A stretch of DNA of 64,000 nucleotides, taken from positions 32,001 to 96,000 of the forward strand of contig CAVOKF010000004.1 of NCBI GenBank assembly GCA_963696385.1, written 5' to 3'. The translations under genes were made by a program, and so were the position numbers. Position 1 is the first letter of the stretch. The number at the start of each line of letters is the position of its first letter. Below the pieces are notes generated by a model. That model searched no databases and had not been told where the DNA came from. It saw only the letters and a program-made list of their open reading frames with translations. Source of the stretch: an uncultured delta proteobacterium. GTDB taxonomy: Bacteria > Myxococcota_A > Polyangia > Polyangiales > Polyangiaceae. Positions 50,579 through 61,346 of this stretch are shown in pieces.

Positions 50579-51677
50579 ATGAGCAACGACCTCCCCTCTC
50601 CTCTCTCTGCCGAAGCCTCGACGAAGGCGGAACCGCCATCGACGGCGCTCGCGGGGCCGGGTGCGGTCGTCATCCGCGCGCCGGGCGGGTTCGCGATGGC
50701 GCTTCCGGCGGTCATCGCCGACGCCGGCGAGCAGGCAGCTACGACGTTCGAGTTTTTTACGGCGCGGATTCCGAACGCGCACACGCGCCAGGCCTACGGC
50801 CGCGCGGTGGCGTCCTTCTGCGAGTGGTGCGAGGCTCACCGCGTCACCCTGCGCTCCCTCGACGCGCCGACCGTCGCCGCCTATCTCGGCGAGCTGCGCA
50901 ATGCGGATGGGGATGGCGATGGGCTGTCTCTCGCCTCGGTCAAGCTCACGGCCAGCGGCTTACGCCACTGGCTCGACTTCCTGACCGAGCGCGGCGTGCT
51001 GCCGTTCAACCCTTCCCTCTCCGTGCGCACCGATCGGCTCGTCGTGACCGAGGGCAAGACCCCGGTCATGGAACACGAAGAAGCCGCGAGCGCTCTTTGC
51101 CTCGCTCGATGCGATCGCCGCCGCGGGAGGCGACCTGCTCGCCCTGCGTGATCGCGCGATGTTCGCGGTGATGTTGTTTGGGTTCGTGCGCCTGAGCGCC
51201 GTGTGCCGGATGCTCGTGCGCGACTTCGAGGACGAGAGCGCGACGGCCTGGCTCGTGCTCCATGAAAAGGGCGGCAAGGAGCGACGAATCCCCTGCCATC
51301 ACCAGACGCGCGAGTATCTGCGCGCCTACATCGAAGCCGCCCGATTCAACAGGCCGCCTGCGGGGGGCGAAGCCTCGCAGAGGCGTAGTCCCCTGTTCCA
51401 GAGCGCGCCGGGGCGCACGGGGGCGCTCTCCGGCAAGCCGATCGCCAGCGGCAAGGTCTGGGAGGCGGTCAAGCGGCGCTGCAAGGCGGCGGGCCTGCCC
51501 TCCTCCATCTCGAACCATTCGTTCCGGGCCACGGGCATTGCGCTGCACCAGGAGAATGGCGGTAGGCTCGAAGATGCCCAGGCCCTGGCCGGGCATGCCG
51601 ATGCGCGCACCACGCGGCTCTACGTCCGCAAGGAGCGCAAGGTCGCCCAGGCCGAGGTCGAGAGAGTACAACTGTGA
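50579..51677 (+). pseudogene. XerC/D-like tyrosine recombinase, +1 frameshift at ~51084
   Basis: FEFFTARIPNAHTRQAY, RDRAM, EKGGKER, NHSFRATG, AGHADARTTRLY, ends EVERVQL. Confidence 0.9.
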
Positions 51678-51974
51678 GCGTGGACGTCATCACTATCGCG
51701 TTAGGGAGCCTCGCCGTTTCCGCCGTGTCTCTCGGGGTGTCGGCGACGAATGCCTGGCTGACGCTCTGGCGCGGAAACGCGTCGGTTTCATGGGCACATC
51801 GACAACGCGCGACCGCCCGACCCTTCGCCGCTATTCCTCGTCGCGGAGCTCCCCAAAGGAAACCGAGAACCGGTCCACGAGATCGAAGCCGAAAAGAAAA
51901 CAACGCCGTGACACACTTCCTCAAGCGCCCGTAGCCGCCATGTCGCCCTGGCTGATATCGACATTGCCGTTGTT

Positions 51975-52427
51975 TTGCCGTTGTTAGGTATAGTCGTCGG
52001 AGCGATCCTCCAGTTCTTGCTGTCCAAAACGCATGAGGCGGAGAAGCAACGCCAATCCTTGCGCGTTGCAGCGTACGTTGACTACCTGCGCGGCGTCACC
52101 ACGACGAGTCAAGCGCAAAAACGCGGAGACAAGCCGGAAGAGGCGAAGGGCAATGCGTTGATGGCCGATGCAAAGGCCAGAATATGCGTGTACGGCACGG
52201 ACGAAACCGTCAAAGCGTTGGCCGAATTTTCGAGAGTCGGAGCTAAGCTATCCACGCGCGAGGGAGTGGATGCGTTCTTATCGTTCTGCGTGGAAATGCG
52301 CCGCGAAATGAGAGGCGGGGATTCCCCCAGGGACGACATTGCACGGGTGCTGTTCAACACCACAATCGCTGACTTTGCGCCACGCGGCGCAGCCGCTGAC
52401 TCCGAGGTGCCGAAGAAGCTCGTGTGA
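51975..52427 (+). CDS. Hypothetical protein with N-terminal TM helix
   Basis: 150-aa lower-GC ORF. Confidence 0.6.
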   Translation: MPLLGIVVGAILQFLLSKTHEAEKQRQSLRVAAYVDYLRGVTTTSQAQKRGDKPEEAKGNALMADAKARICVYGTDETVKALAEFSRVGAKLSTREGVDAFLSFCVEMRREMRGGDSPRDDIARVLFNTTIADFAPRGAAADSEVPKKLV

Positions 52428-52542
52428 ATCCCCCCAAGAGCTTCACGCGAGCATCGTTGGCGTGCCTCCTATGCGCACCGGCAGAGACTTGACGTTGCTG
52501 CAGCGAAACTGTACAGTCTAGATGTATTTACTGAGTAGTTCC

Positions 52543-52842
52543 ATGCAGACCGGCAAGAACAGCAATCCCATTGTCGTCTCGGCTCTCTCGGTCCGCACCG
52601 GCTTCGGCAAGCTGTTGCGCCGGGTCGAAGACGAGCACCGCTCCCTCGTGATCGAGAAGCGCGGCACGCCCAAGGCGGTGCTGCTCAGCATCCGCGACTA
52701 CGTGCGCCTTGCCACCCCCGAGCCGGAAGTGCTCCGGGTGATCGGCGAGGAATCCAAGCGCAAGGGCACCGACAAGCTCACTTCGCGGCAGATCGACCAG
52801 ATCATCGCATCGGCGCGCGGCAAAAAATCCAAGCGCGGATGA
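52543..52842 (+). CDS. Phd/YefM antitoxin
   Basis: VRTGFGKLLRRVE...IEKRGTPKAVLLS. Confidence 0.85.
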   Translation: MQTGKNSNPIVVSALSVRTGFGKLLRRVEDEHRSLVIEKRGTPKAVLLSIRDYVRLATPEPEVLRVIGEESKRKGTDKLTSRQIDQIIASARGKKSKRG

Positions 52843-53178
52843 TCGCGCTGCGGCTGGTGGTCGACACGAACATCATCGTGTCGGCGGCGCTCAAGCCGGA
52901 CGGGCTGCAACGTACTGTGCTGCTGCTCGCGCTCTCCAAGCCGGCCACGCTGTACGTGAGCGAAGCGATCCTGGCGGAATACACGCCCGGTTACGCCCGC
53001 ACGCGTCCTCCAGGTGGCGCGCGACCCTGACGACAACAAGTTTCTGGAATGCGCCGACGCCGCGCGCGCCGACTATCTCGTGACCGGCAACCAGCGGCAT
53101 TTTCCGGAGTTCTGGAAGAAAACCAAGGTGATTACGTCCCGCGAGTTCGTCAGCATCGTCGCGCCCCATCTGACGTAA
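52839..53178 (+). pseudogene. PIN-family toxin with an internal deletion/frameshift
   Basis: VVDTNIIVSA; later DPDDNKFLECA...YLVTGNQRHF in another frame. Confidence 0.82.
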
Positions 53179-53339
53179 TCGATCCCGCGAAGCGTGACGC
53201 TTCCACCGGCGCAGTATCCTTTGCAAATTGAATACCTCACGTTCAATTTGCGAGGATGCTGAGGGGGTACCTCTCCGTGCCTCCACCCTTCTCTGCGGCT
53301 TAAGTCCCGAGCCCGAAGCCGCCCAAGCGGCGAGCGTGA

Positions 53340-53743
53340 CTGGCCGTCCCTCCGCCCTCGCCACGCTCTTCATCCACGGCGACGCCTGGGCCTGCGTCCA
53401 TGCGCGACCGGCGGTGTTCTTGGCCGCCGTCGATCTCGGCATAGCCCGGCAGCAGCACGGCTTGGGCGAAGGCGACCCTCGCATCGTTCGCGACGCGATG
53501 AATGCCCCGCTGCTTGTCTTGGACGACCTGGGCCAAGAGGCGGAATTTGGCAGCCCCGTGGTCGCGCACGTCATCCAGCACCGATACGACCGGGTGAGGC
53601 CGACGATCGCGACCACTGGTTTGAGCGTCGAGCAGCTCGTCGCCCGCTACGGGGCGGGAGTCGCGAGGCGACTGATCGAGACTGCGGGCGGCGCCGTCGT
53701 GCTCAAGCTCCGAAGCCATGGCGAGGCGGGACCGGCTCGATGA
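53340..53743 (+). pseudogene. DnaC/IstB-like ATPase C-terminal fragment
   Basis: LLVLDDLGQE...HRYDRVRPTIATT; no Walker A. Confidence 0.7.
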
Positions 53744-53930
53744 TACGCCAACGCAAGCGAGCCCTTCGGGGTTCAAGCTCGCACGCCAACCCGGACTTCG
53801 ACTGGAGGTCAGCACGCCGGCGGGTATCCTTGCGGGCGGCACGCTCTCGCCCGCACCCCTCTGTCGTGCAAGTCGCTTGGATGTTCCATCAACCCGCACT
53901 CACGACCCTCTCTTCACCACGGGGATAGCC

Positions 53931-55319
53931 ATGCCGCGCCACGCAACCGGTCAAGTTTTGGAGTATGCGAACGGCTACAGCGCACGGATCCGGATCGGGG
54001 CCGGCGCGAAGGGCCGGCGCTCGTTTCCGATCGCGGCGCGCGACAAGGCGGCGGCCGAGGAGCGCCGGGCCCTGCTGGCGAATCTCGCCGAGCGTTTGCG
54101 GGGCGCAGCCGGCCCGGATGAGATCGCCCAACTGCTGGAGATCGCGGGCCAGGCGCGATCGGACAAGGCTTTGCGGGCGGCTCGCGACGCCGCCGAAGCC
54201 ATCGCCGCGGGGACGACAACACGCGCGGCGGCCGCCATGGCGCCGACGTTCGAGGTCTTCGCCAAAGAGTGGACGGACGGTGCCCTGCACAAGAAGCACC
54301 CCGATCACGTCAAGGAGAAGCGGACCGCGTACCGCGACAGCCAGCTTTTGCGGCTCTACGTCTTGCCCATCACGAAGGACATTCGTCTCCCCGACTTCGA
54401 GCTCGAGCACGCGGAAGCAGTCATGGCCAGCTTGCCCGGGGGTCTTGCGGCGGCGACCCGACGCCACGTCGCGCAGGTCATCTCGCGGGTCATGCGGTTG
54501 GCCGTCTACCCGGGCAAGTGGATCGCCAATAGCCCGATCCCCCGCGGCTGGTTGCCTCGCGTGGGCGACCCCAAGGCCAAGGAGTGCCTCTTCCCGGACG
54601 AGGACGCGTGCCTTCTCGCCGGCCGATCGATCGAGCCCGACAAGGACGGCATTCCGATCGTGCGGCGTTTTGCGTATGGCTTCCTGATGCGCGAGGGCAT
54701 GCGCACCGACGAGATGGCGGGGTTGCGGTGGCGCGAAGTGGATCTCGAACGGGGCCGCGTCAACCTGGACGAAAACAAGACCGATGATCCGCGCGACTGG
54801 GACCTGCGGCCCGATACGGCCGAGGCGTTGCGCCGTTGGAAGGAGAGGAGCGAGCCGCACACGCAAGCGCGCGACCACGTGTTTGCCGAAGAGGGCGTGC
54901 CCGTGAACGTCGAGCACTTGGCCGAGCAGCTGCGCCGTGACCTCTGGCGGGTCGGGGTGCGCCGTCCGCAGCTGCACGAGAGCACCAAGGGCCGGCAGCG
55001 TCTGCGGGCGCACGACCTGCGCGCCACGTTCGTCACGATCGCGCTCGCGACGGGCAAGACCGAGACGTGGATCAGCGACCGAACGGGGCACCGCTCCCAT
55101 GCGATGATTGAGACGTACCGGCGGCGGTCGCGCACGTGGAACCTGGGCGAGCTCGGCCCTATGTGCGAGCTCATCCCTGAGCTACAAAAGGGGGCTGATA
55201 GGGCAGCGAATGGGCAGCAAACTCACCGCACGGGTGGCGAAATAGGCAGACGCAGCGGATTTAGGTTCCGCCGCCGCAAGGCGTATGGGTTCGACTCCCT
55301 TCCCGTGCACTTTCAATGA
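53931..55319 (+). CDS. Tyrosine integrase; ORF reads through the tRNA-Leu
   Basis: EGMR, LDENKTDDPR, AHDLRATF, TGH...IETY. Confidence 0.9.
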   Translation: MPRHATGQVLEYANGYSARIRIGAGAKGRRSFPIAARDKAAAEERRALLANLAERLRGAAGPDEIAQLLEIAGQARSDKALRAARDAAEAIAAGTTTRAAAAMAPTFEVFAKEWTDGALHKKHPDHVKEKRTAYRDSQLLRLYVLPITKDIRLPDFELEHAEAVMASLPGGLAAATRRHVAQVISRVMRLAVYPGKWIANSPIPRGWLPRVGDPKAKECLFPDEDACLLAGRSIEPDKDGIPIVRRFAYGFLMREGMRTDEMAGLRWREVDLERGRVNLDENKTDDPRDWDLRPDTAEALRRWKERSEPHTQARDHVFAEEGVPVNVEHLAEQLRRDLWRVGVRRPQLHESTKGRQRLRAHDLRATFVTIALATGKTETWISDRTGHRSHAMIETYRRRSRTWNLGELGPMCELIPELQKGADRAANGQQTHRTGGEIGRRSGFRFRRRKAYGFDSLPVHFQ

Positions 55320-56652
55320 CTTGTCGCGGTATCCTGTATTTTTTAGATAGGACGAATTGGGCAATCGTTGGGCAATCGTTGGGCAATCAACAATCGGCAT
55401 AATCCGTGCCAACGAACGAAGTTCCGGGATCGCAGCTTGCATGGGGGCGAGATCCCCCTGCTGCTGAGCCAGCCAAATTGCCGCGGTGCGTCGATATTTC
55501 GCCTTCATCGCATCGCCGTGGCCCGTGCGCTGCTGGCACCACTCCCAGGTGCGACCGCTCGCGAGGCTCACCGTGACGAACGTCGCGCGCAGATCGTGAG
55601 CGCGCATACGCAAGCGATTCTCGGATCCCGTAAACAGCTTGGAGCGCGCGATGCCCGCGCGCGCGAGATCTTCGCGCAGCTGGGCGGCCAGGTGATCGAC
55701 GTTCAAGCCCGCGCCTCGGTCGTCGACCAAAATCCGCGCATCCGATCTCGGTGACTTGAGGCGCTGCCGCCAGAGCTTCAGCGCCTCGAGCACGTCGGGT
55801 CGCATGTCCCACGAGCGGGGGCGGTCGGTCTTGTTCACGTCGAGGTCCAGCCGATTGTGGACGAGATCGGTATCGGCCCACGTTAGGCGCGCGAGCTCGT
55901 CGGTGCGCAGGCCCTCGCGCATCAGGAAGCCGTATGCGAAGCGCCGCAATAACGGCACCCCCACGCATCCGAGCAGGGCCCGGTCCTCGTCCGGGTACAG
56001 GCACTCTTTCGCCTTGTCCGGTGGCGCCCGGGGGAGCCATCCGCGCGGGATGGGGCTGACCTGGATCCACTTGCCCGGGTACACGGCGAGATGGAACAAG
56101 CGCGACATCGTCTGCGCGACATGACGACGCGTGCTCGTGGAGAGCTTCGCCGGCAGCGCCGCCATCACGCCCTCCGCATCCTCGAGCGTGAAGGTGTCCA
56201 GGCGCAGATCGCCCACGTGTTCGAGCACGTAGAGTCGCAGCAGTTCTTCGTCGCGCGGAGACGACCGCTTCTCGCGAACGTGATCCGGGTGGCGTTTCGC
56301 GAGCTGCCCCTCGGTCCACTGCTCGGCAAACGCGCGGAACGTCGGGGCGAGCTCCAGGGCGCGCGTGCGGCCGGCGCAGACCGCATCGACGGCGGCACAG
56401 ACCTCTTGCCAGGGGCGCCCAGCCCGCGCCTTCGCGGCCTCCTCCAGCAGGGTGGGGATCTCCGCCACGAAGCCCCCGAGGCGCAGCCGAGTAGCCATCA
56501 CCGCCAGCGCCTCTTTGCGCTCGGCCGCCTCGCGTTCGGAGCGGCACGCAACCAGCCCGAATTCTCGCCGGTCGCGCCCCTGAATCGTGATGCGCGCCGC
56601 AAAGCTGCCATCCGCCAAGCTGCATGAGTTGTCCGGTGGCTTGCTTCGGCAT
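55182..56652 (-). pseudogene. Tyrosine integrase, single frameshift at ~56620; reads antisense through the tRNA
   Basis: MPKQATGQLMQL joins ADGSFAARITI; EGLR, AHDLRATF, TGH..MKAKY; TTGGGCAATC x3 at 55357-55388. Confidence 0.88.
55228..55309 (+). tRNA. tRNA-Leu(TAG)
   Basis: Acceptor GCACGGG/CCCGTGC; anticodon arm GCGGA-TTTAGGT-TCCGC; variable arm; TTCGACT loop with one T-stem mismatch; CCA not encoded. Confidence 0.9.
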
Positions 56653-57224
56653 CGCGTCTCCTCCAGTTGACTAGACCTTAGCGGCGCATCGTCCACAATG
56701 CGTCGTGCGGCGGCGGGCGACCGTCCAGCGCTCTACGCTTGGTCGTCGATAAAGTTCTCTTCAAACGACAGACGGCGGCGTTGACGGCGTATGGCGGCGC
56801 CGCCGTTTGCGACGTTTCCACGAGAATTGCGGCGGTAACCATGCTCAGCCATGCCATTTCAGACGTGGGCAGAACGGGCCTATCCTCTTCTGCGTAAACC
56901 ACGACTTTTCCCCCCCCATTGTGGGAGCTCAAAGCGGACCGCGGTCCGTGGCCCTCGCGGCTACATAGTAAAAGATATTATTAGAATCTGACGGAATTGC
57001 TGGACGAGCGCAAGGAACCACGTTTCCGTTCTGTGCGCATCACACGGAGTACATCCAATGATGTCTCGCGCTCGTCCAGGTATCGGTACTGGTCTTTCAA
57101 GAGATACGTGACCACCTTGTAGACGGACGCGTAAATCCGCGGGAAAGGCGACGTGGAAGCAGTGCGCCGCCGATCCGGCGCTACCTCCTGAGGAAGGCGG
57201 CGCCGGGCAGCGGACGAGAATGGC

Positions 57225-57518
57225 TCAGCGAGGGAGGGGCTTGTCGTGGTGGTTGTGGTCACGCCCGTCGACGACGTTCTGCTCGGCGAGTCGATATTGG
57301 CGGATATGCCTGCGTAAAGCGCGCATGGCATTGAGGAGGTCGCGAGTGGGGGGATGATTGGCGCCGCCGCGTGTCGACGAGGAGGGGTCGAGGCCGATGG
57401 CGAGAAAGCGGCGAGCCGCGATGAGTGCAGCGTCGAGCACGAAGAGCGGACCGAGTTCGGGCGCCAAGACGATGTCCCACTCGGAGGGCGCAACGAGCCG
57501 CTGGCGCGGCGGCGTCAC
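57225..57518 (-). CDS. Small accessory ORF coupled to the istB stop
   Basis: GTGA overlap; APELGPLFVLDAALIAA...LRRHIRQYR. Confidence 0.6.
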   Translation of the reverse strand: MTPPRQRLVAPSEWDIVLAPELGPLFVLDAALIAARRFLAIGLDPSSSTRGGANHPPTRDLLNAMRALRRHIRQYRLAEQNVVDGRDHNHHDKPLPR

Positions 57519-58300
57519 ACGCGCCTCCGGGCGGAGGCGCCTCGCGAGCGGGGCCTGGGTTGCGGAGGCGGTGGGGAGTTGCCCGGCTTTTGCCGGTAGG
57601 AGTCGGCATCGATGTCGATGGTGTGCAGATGCTGGGTGAAGCGATCGATGAGAGCGACGAGGCAGGCGGCGCCGGGGAATACGCCCCCCCATTCCTTGAA
57701 GGCCAAGTTGGTCGAGATGATGGTGGAGGCTCGTTCATGGCGCCGGCTGATGATCTGGAAGAAGAGGTCGACGGCGCGCTTGTCTACGGGCACATATCCA
57801 AGTTCGTCGCATACGAGAAGATCGACATTGGTATAGCGCTTCATGCGTCGCTCGACGGCGGGCAGCGACTCCTGTTTCAAGAGATCGGCGAGCGCCGAAA
57901 CGACCGGGGTAAAGCAGACGGTCATGCCGGCGCTGAGCGCGGCGAGGCATACGTTCTGCGCAAGCATGGTCTTACCCACACCGCTTGGGCCGCGAAAAAG
58001 GACGTTCTCGCGGCGCTCCACGAAGCCCAAGCCGAGGACATTCTCGCATAGGGCGCGGTCGATCTTGCGCGGATGGCTCCAGTCGAAACGGTCCATCGTC
58101 GTGTGCGCCCCCACCGTCGCCATCTTGGTGCGGGTGGCGAGATTGCGTGCTTCACGCTGCCGGCGCTCCATTTCGACCAGCAGCTCGACGACCTGCACGT
58201 GCGAGAGGCGGTTGGCGGTCGCGTGCGACAGCAGTGCCTCGAGCTGCTCGCGCGACGCGCAGAAGCCGATGGCCCGGAGCTCGTCGACGACGTCGCTCAC
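57515..58300 (-). CDS. istB: IS21 helper ATPase
   Basis: GPSGVGKT, LVCDELGY, STNLAFKEW. Confidence 0.95.
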   Translation of the reverse strand: MSDVVDELRAIGFCASREQLEALLSHATANRLSHVQVVELLVEMERRQREARNLATRTKMATVGAHTTMDRFDWSHPRKIDRALCENVLGLGFVERRENVLFRGPSGVGKTMLAQNVCLAALSAGMTVCFTPVVSALADLLKQESLPAVERRMKRYTNVDLLVCDELGYVPVDKRAVDLFFQIISRRHERASTIISTNLAFKEWGGVFPGAACLVALIDRFTQHLHTIDIDADSYRQKPGNSPPPPQPRPRSRGASARRRV

Positions 58301-59778
58301 GACTCACCCCGCTTTCGGTCGTAGGAACCGAGGTCGTGGGGCACCACGATGGCGTCGACGACGTGCGCGCCGAGCACGATATCCACCGGCATGGGCCGGT
58401 CGGTTCGCTGCCGCTCTTGCTCGCAGAGAAGGGCCAGCGCGCCGATGTCGTGCGTGCCGCGCTCGCCCATGACGCGCACGGCGTAACCGAAGATCTCCAG
58501 CCCGTAGAGTGTGAAGAGCTTGCGCGCATGCCCGGTCATGAAGTTGATGTTTCGTCCCTGCTCGACCCAGCGTTCGTAAAGCACCGAGAGCTCGGGCACG
58601 GCGCCGAGCAGCTGGTCGCGTATCGTGATGGCCTCGGCTCGTGGCCGCCCCTCGCAGAGGGCGCGGCGATGCGCGGGGTCGTCGATGCGCTGACCGCGTC
58701 CCCACGAGCGTCGGTGGCGCGCCACCTCTTTCTCCCCATCGAGAAGCCGCACGTGATCGTCGTCCGCCACGAGCGTCAGCGTCGCGCTCGCGTACTTCGG
58801 CGGCGCCGAGTAGCGGTTGGTCCCGAGCCGTACGCTCGCCGTCTTGTCGACGGCGACAGGCAACACCAGGTCCGCCGTCGGCATCGGATTGGGCAGCGGC
58901 ATCAGGCGCTCCTTCTCCTCGGCGAAGACCTCGCCCACGCTGCGGCTGGCGAGGGTTGGGTGGCGACGCGTCATCACGACCGATTCGATGTGGCGCCGCA
59001 GGCCGAGGTTTCCTATCTCCAGACTCGGGATCGAACGGCCCGCGAAGAATCCTTCTTTGAGCTCGCGTATGGCTCTTTCGACTCCGCCCTTGTCTTCGGG
59101 CGTCCGCACGCGCGCGAGCACTGGTTTGACGCGAAGCTGTCCGGCGAGCTCGATGATCCCGGAGTGAAGCCGCGCGGCGCGACCATGGCGCTCGATCACG
59201 ACGATCTTGGGGTTGTCGAAGAGAAGCTGCCGTGGCACGCCACCGAAGAAGCTCAGCGCGCGCAGGATCGAGCGCCGGAGCGATTCCGCCGTCATATCGA
59301 GCACCCACTCCGCGTACCGCATTCGCGAATACGCCAAAAGCATCACGAAGACCCAGAGCGCCCGCATCCCTCCCATGACGGAGAGCTGCCCCACGTGACC
59401 CCAGTCCACTTGCCCTTGCTCGCCCGGCAGGCGCTCGCAGACCAGGTACGCCTTGCTCGCCGCGCGCGGACGGATGCCTTTGACGAAGCGCTCGACGAGC
59501 TTTGCGCTGCCCCGAAACCCGCGCTCGGCGATCATCGTGCGCAGCCGCGTCGCGCGCAGCCGTGGATACCTCTCGATCTGCTCGAGGATGAAGCCCTTGT
59601 ACGCGTCGAGCTTGCTCGGCCGAGGCTCGCGCGCGGGCTGTCCAGTGGCGTCCTGGGCGAGCACGCGCGTGACGACGTCGTGGTGCACCCCCAGCTCGGC
59701 GGCCACCGTGCCTTCGGGCCACTTCTCGGCCTGCACGAGCCGAAGGATCTCGCTCTCGCACTCTTTGCTGACTGTCAT
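58297..59778 (-). CDS. istA: IS21 transposase
   Basis: PGEQGQVDWG, LFDNPK, KGGVER. Confidence 0.95.
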   Translation of the reverse strand: MTVSKECESEILRLVQAEKWPEGTVAAELGVHHDVVTRVLAQDATGQPAREPRPSKLDAYKGFILEQIERYPRLRATRLRTMIAERGFRGSAKLVERFVKGIRPRAASKAYLVCERLPGEQGQVDWGHVGQLSVMGGMRALWVFVMLLAYSRMRYAEWVLDMTAESLRRSILRALSFFGGVPRQLLFDNPKIVVIERHGRAARLHSGIIELAGQLRVKPVLARVRTPEDKGGVERAIRELKEGFFAGRSIPSLEIGNLGLRRHIESVVMTRRHPTLASRSVGEVFAEEKERLMPLPNPMPTADLVLPVAVDKTASVRLGTNRYSAPPKYASATLTLVADDDHVRLLDGEKEVARHRRSWGRGQRIDDPAHRRALCEGRPRAEAITIRDQLLGAVPELSVLYERWVEQGRNINFMTGHARKLFTLYGLEIFGYAVRVMGERGTHDIGALALLCEQERQRTDRPMPVDIVLGAHVVDAIVVPHDLGSYDRKRGES

Positions 59779-60149
59779 GGCGACACCCCCTGCAAGCAGA
59801 CCTGCCGCAGATCACCGAAGCAGCCCAATCCCCCCAGACGGCCCGCGCGACGGCGATGCGCCGGACCGCGCAGCATCACCTCCACGTCGAAATGCAGATT
59901 GCGCACGCCGAAGCCCAGCGCGTCCTCCAGCCGCAATGCAGACATAGATTCCTCGGTATCCGCACAGAGAACAACGCAGAGCGGGCGCTGCTGCCAGAGC
60001 GCCAGCCCCTCGAGCAGCGTGGAGGCCGCCCGCGGATGCGCCGACGCCGATGGGCCCAACACCGCCCGCATCCGTTCCTCGCGCCCCTCCATCATCAGGA
60101 TCCGCGTCGCCTCGCGCCGGGGATCCATCGTCACCGTCCATCGATTCAT
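59775..60149 (-). CDS. Accessory ORF coupled to istA
   Basis: Stop overlaps the istA start; HPRAASTLLEGLALW. Confidence 0.65.
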   Translation of the reverse strand: MNRWTVTMDPRREATRILMMEGREERMRAVLGPSASAHPRAASTLLEGLALWQQRPLCVVLCADTEESMSALRLEDALGFGVRNLHFDVEVMLRGPAHRRRAGRLGGLGCFGDLRQVCLQGVSP

Positions 60150-60573
60150 CGGTCCTGCTCCTGGCCGCCTCGGTCGCCGCCTCCGGGTTGGAGGCGAGCG
60201 CCGCGCCGCGCGAGCGCACAACACGCGAATCGGCACTCCCACCAGAAGGGGGATCCGTTACGACCTGCCCATCCGTTCCCGGCGCGACCGGCGCCACCAC
60301 GCCCCGCTGCCGAGCCTTGCGGCCTCGCCGGCCCGGATGTGCTTGGCGAAACCAGTGCTGCCGGTCGCGGTTGTTCTGCCGACCCTCCACCGTAGTCGCT
60401 TCCAACCGCCGCGCCGTGCGACAAATCCGCGCGCGCCCTACCCCTTGGCACGCCTCGCTGCAGTAGCGGCGCTCGCCGAACCAATCGCACCTGGCGCACG
60501 CGTAGAACCCCTCGCCGCAGGCCCCACAGCACGCAAAACGAAGCGGCTGCTCGACTCCCTCATGCTCGTGCAC
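60146..60573 (-). CDS. Cys-rich Zn-finger accessory protein (3' end uncertain)
   Basis: CCGACGEGFYACARCD...RYCSEAC...EGRQNNRDRQ. Confidence 0.6.
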
Positions 60574-60887
60574 GCGTCCATTCCACGGACGCGTGATGCG
60601 CACGGGTTGACCCGGCGCTTGCTCTCAGGCACCGTCCGCGGCGTCCAGAGCCGCGTCCGCGTCTGGGCCGAAGGCTCGGGGTTGCCGCCCTGGGCCTTCA
60701 CTCTTTTGTGCGTCCATTTCGTCGCGCCTTCTACGCCAGCACGCGCGCCGACACGAGCGGGGACCCTTCCCGCCGGCTCTCACGCAAGAGGATGGCCTTT
60801 GCGACCCGTCCTGAACGAATGCTCGGGCGTCCTACGCCCTGACGCGTCCCGGATCAGGCGGTTCTTCGCGTCGCTCTACACCACCTC

Positions 60888-61346
60888 ATGTCGCACTATC
60901 CGGACCACCGCAACATGCACTTGCCAAAGGCGCATTATCGCGACAGGCAGCGAGTGCTGCACTACCTGCATGCGTTATTTGCGCCGCCTAGCGGACGCGA
61001 TGTCGAAGGGATGATCTCAGGACCGGACGTCTTCTGGCACTACCGGATGTCGATGGCATCCAGAACGCAGGTTCACCTGCGGGTGTTGTCGCACCGAAGT
61101 TCTCCGCCAGCAGACGCTAGAATCTACAGCCATTTTCTGCCGGAGATCCTCGAGCGAATTCAGGCGGAAAAAGCGGACCCGAAGCGCCACCCTAAACTGC
61201 TGCCGGGTCAGTTTTACCTTCGCCGCAAGCTGCCCGGAATGCTTGCTGGCCATCAGCACTGCCAACTTGCTGTCTCCAGTGGAGTACTCGATCAGAGTTT
61301 CGTCTCGCAGCTACACCCGTGGGACCTGATGCTCTTGCATCCGTGA
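60888..61346 (+). CDS. Hypothetical protein
   Basis: 152-aa lower-GC ORF, no recognised motif. Confidence 0.35.
   Translation: MSHYPDHRNMHLPKAHYRDRQRVLHYLHALFAPPSGRDVEGMISGPDVFWHYRMSMASRTQVHLRVLSHRSSPPADARIYSHFLPEILERIQAEKADPKRHPKLLPGQFYLRRKLPGMLAGHQHCQLAVSSGVLDQSFVSQLHPWDLMLLHP

Larger units (their letters stand above)
57118..60813 (-). mobile_element. IS21-like element with three accessory ORFs (right boundary approximate)
   Basis: TGTAGACGGACGCG end at 57118; degenerate counterpart near 60797-60813; istA and istB inside. Confidence 0.7.

Noticed and set aside
55306..55320. TGCACTTTCAATGAC shared with the left end of unit copy 9
   Set aside because: Only 15 bp and resembles a generic IHF-like motif; too weak to link the unit to the tRNA att site.
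57985..61014. 1009-aa plus-strand ORF, and similar long antisense ORFs elsewhere
   Set aside because: Shadow frames of real opposite-strand genes in high-GC DNA; no motifs.
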